Source: Isurus oxyrinchus
Lineage: Eukaryota
Reading direction: 5' to 3'
DNA: 64,000 nucleotides
NCBI GenBank assembly: GCA_026770705.1
Contig: JANJGN010000006.1
Coordinates: forward strand, 50,592,001 to 50,656,000
In this document: one piece after another, positions 61,601 through 64,000 of the stretch
Layout: every line of letters starts with the position of its first letter
Position numbering within the stretch: the first letter of the stretch is position 1
The notes under the pieces: generated by a model
The model's database searches: none
What the model was told of the DNA's origin: nothing
What the model saw: the letters and a program-made list of their open reading frames with translations, nothing else
Program-made: the position numbers and the translations under genes

Positions 61601-63269
61601 AACTCATAAAAAATGTGATGAAGTGTTTAATGATATTGTCATCTATAATTCGATGTAAGACAAATAAACTAATTGGCATAATTGGAAAATTATGCTATAA
61701 ACTGTCAAGAAAAAGCCACAGAATATTTGTTCTAATTTTTTTATTAGACATTTGCTTCAAGACCAGTCATGTTGTAGACTGAAATTTGCACTGTCCTTTT
61801 TCATTTATGTAAATATTTAAAATATTAAAAAATAAAAAACATTCCCTTAATTGTAACAGTTGACCCATCAGTGAAGAGCACTGACCAAAACTGGCTAACA
61901 TGGACTACAAAGACAATTGCCTTACTGTGATTTTTCCATGCAATCTCCAGTGCCTTTGATTTTTCATTCTAAATTAGTCTGCTCAGTAATTTGCAGTGTG
62001 TGATAATTTACTACAATGCACACACGTTAAACAAATCATAAATATCATCTATATCATTCTAATTATTCTGATTAATCTTGATAAAGTTTAAATTAACTTA
62101 CCTTTCATCCTGGAAGATTGAACATGATGGTTTTTTGTTTCTCTGCACATTGTCATCCATCAGAGTTATGCTGGACTTACAACACACTGACATATGGGAA
62201 CATTTTGTGCTATGTCTAATGCAGTTTCATGTAAATTACAACTAATCATCACAATACACTACAACAGGAATAAAGTATCAGGAACAGGAAGTGTACTTTG
62301 AATTATCTCCATGCTGTAATGAACAATGTTCATTGTACCCTCCAACAATGAACAGAAGTTGCTTGAAAGGGCCTAATTTTATGTTACCATTTCATATGAA
62401 TAAAACTGCACTCTGTCATCAAGTTCAAAAGGTATTTCCAAATTGCTAAAATTAATAAATTACTAGAGATTTGAAGAGGATGTAACCATCATGGAATAGC
62501 CTTTTCATTATGTATAATCACCATCATCCTCATTATCATAAACTGTAGGTAAATGGCCTGCAAACTCCTAGCAAGATTATTTAAATGATATTCCTGATAC
62601 TGAAAACCCATTCTGCTGTAAAGTACCTTAGTTCATTAGTGTGGTCTTTTTGAGATCAGGAAAAAAATAGGAAAATGCTGCCATAAGTAATTATCAATGG
62701 CCAAGCTGTCAGTTAGTCACATCAACTAAAAGACCAATTATTCTGATGATACACAGGTTGTAAAGCTGGTTAGAGTACATTTCAGTACTGACATTAACTC
62801 TGTCCAATGACTGGAATTTCTACAGTATCACAGAGCCAATTATTATAATAAAGGCCTTTAACATTTTGCATGCATATGGGTACACATGTTCATTTGCCCT
62901 TACCTGTTCTGCCTGACCTAATCCATTTTTAAAAAATATTTTTGTAAAACTGAGAGTCTAACAGACAGACAATGTGAAGCTGCATTTACCTTCAGCATTT
63001 GAAAGAAAAATGATTGCTTTGAGGCAACATGAAAATTAGAAAGTCAAAAACTAACACTGTTGGACTAATTTAAAAGATGAAGCACTTTACTTTATTTGAA
63101 GAGCGATATCTATCGTGTGAGACTTTCTTTGAGTTAATTTAAATGTTAATGATGAAAAGCTAACTTAAGAGCTACCAAAATCATAATGTATGGAAGCCTT
63201 CATTCATAATGTTCATTACTCATAACAAATAAATATATGTTTCAACATAGCAGCTAAATCATTGAAAAT

Positions 63270-63465
63270 AATAAAAACAGAAAGTGCTGGAAATACCTAG
63301 CAGGTCCGGCAGCATTTGTGGAGTGAGAAACACAGATAATGTTTCTAGTTGAATGGGACTCCTCTTTGGAACTCCCTTCAGAGACGCTGCTAGACTTATT
63401 GAGTTTTCTGGCACTTTCTGCTTTGATTTCAGATTTCCAGCATCTGCAGTATTTTGCTTTTATTT
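63270..63465. mobile_element. inverted pair of Penelope pLTR ends
   Basis: aaaacagaaagtgctggaaatacctagcaggtccggcagc / gctgctagacttattgagttttctggcactttctgcttt..ccagcatctgcagtattttgc. Confidence 0.7.
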
Positions 63466-63632
63466 TAGAATAAAAGCTGTTTTTATTCTTATTTATCTGT
63501 AAGGATTCTTGAGCAATGTTCAGACAGAATTTCTACTGAGGCTATGGTACATCACATTTGTATCAGATGGAGTGAATTACAGAAGCACAGAATCGTTTCA
63601 GCGCAGAAGGAAGCTATTTGGCCCATTGTGTC

Positions 63633-64000
63633 TGTAACTCTTTCGAGTACAAACCTGTTTCCATCTGTTTCAGATGAAGTTACGTTGTTTCATAGTTTGC
63701 CAGTGTGAGATTTGAACTCTTGATTCGAAATGTTGCCTCTAGGCTGGTTTTTCCCTCTGAGGGTGGGAAACAGAGGTCAGGACCATTTCTGGGTGCTGAA
63801 ACCTCTTTCGAGTACAAACCTGTTTCCATCTGTTTCAGATGAAGTTACATTGTTTCATAGTTTGCCATTGTGAGATTTGAACTCTTGATCTTGGGGTTCC
63901 AAACCCAGTACCATGACCACTTGGCTATTTAGGCCAAGCACCTAAATACTGCTCGTCGTTACTGTAACTCTTTCGAGTACAAACACGTTTCCATCTGTTT
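63633..64000 (-). repeat. 165-bp-period array with constant 87-bp repeat and tRNA-like segment; truncated by window edge
   Basis: Repeat starts at 63638, 63803, 63968; minus-strand A box TAGCCAAGTGG (63927-63917) and B box GAGTTCAAATC (63884-63874). Confidence 0.85.

Noticed and set aside
63862-63935. Functional tRNA gene
   Set aside because: Acceptor and D stems do not pair properly; embedded in a tandem repeat.
63633-64000. CRISPR array
   Set aside because: Eukaryotic context, 87-bp repeat far too long, tRNA-derived, no cas genes.

Overview
Eukaryotic, gene-poor, repeat-saturated DNA. The repeat families (CR1 and L2 LINEs, Deu-domain SINEs, Penelope elements, PIF/Harbinger transposons and MITEs, Gypsy LTR elements) point to a vertebrate, most likely a shark or other chondrichthyan; this is inference. 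I cannot support any intact host protein-coding gene, rRNA, genuine tRNA or CRISPR array. Every ORF I can identify is a transposon remnant or its antisense shadow. Main structures: the 5' half of an esterase-ORF1 CR1 (1-2865); a two-LTR element with a tRNA-Leu PBS and no recognisable pol (8385-13663); several Penelope insertions, three with 14-15 bp TSDs, plus inverted pLTRs and minimal hammerhead-ribozyme motifs; a LINE whose 5' end is the tRNA-derived head of a SINE that also occurs free in the window (32228-35323 vs 21578-21959); a Gypsy element (~40700-50138) interrupted by two MITEs and a full-length two-gene Harbinger (43244-48552), which itself carries a CR1 fragment in an intron; an AT-rich, repeat-poor stretch (~57150-63250); and at the right edge an array with an exact 165-bp period, a constant 87-bp repeat and unrelated 78-bp spacers. 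Coordinates were read by eye, and boundaries of degraded repeats are approximate.
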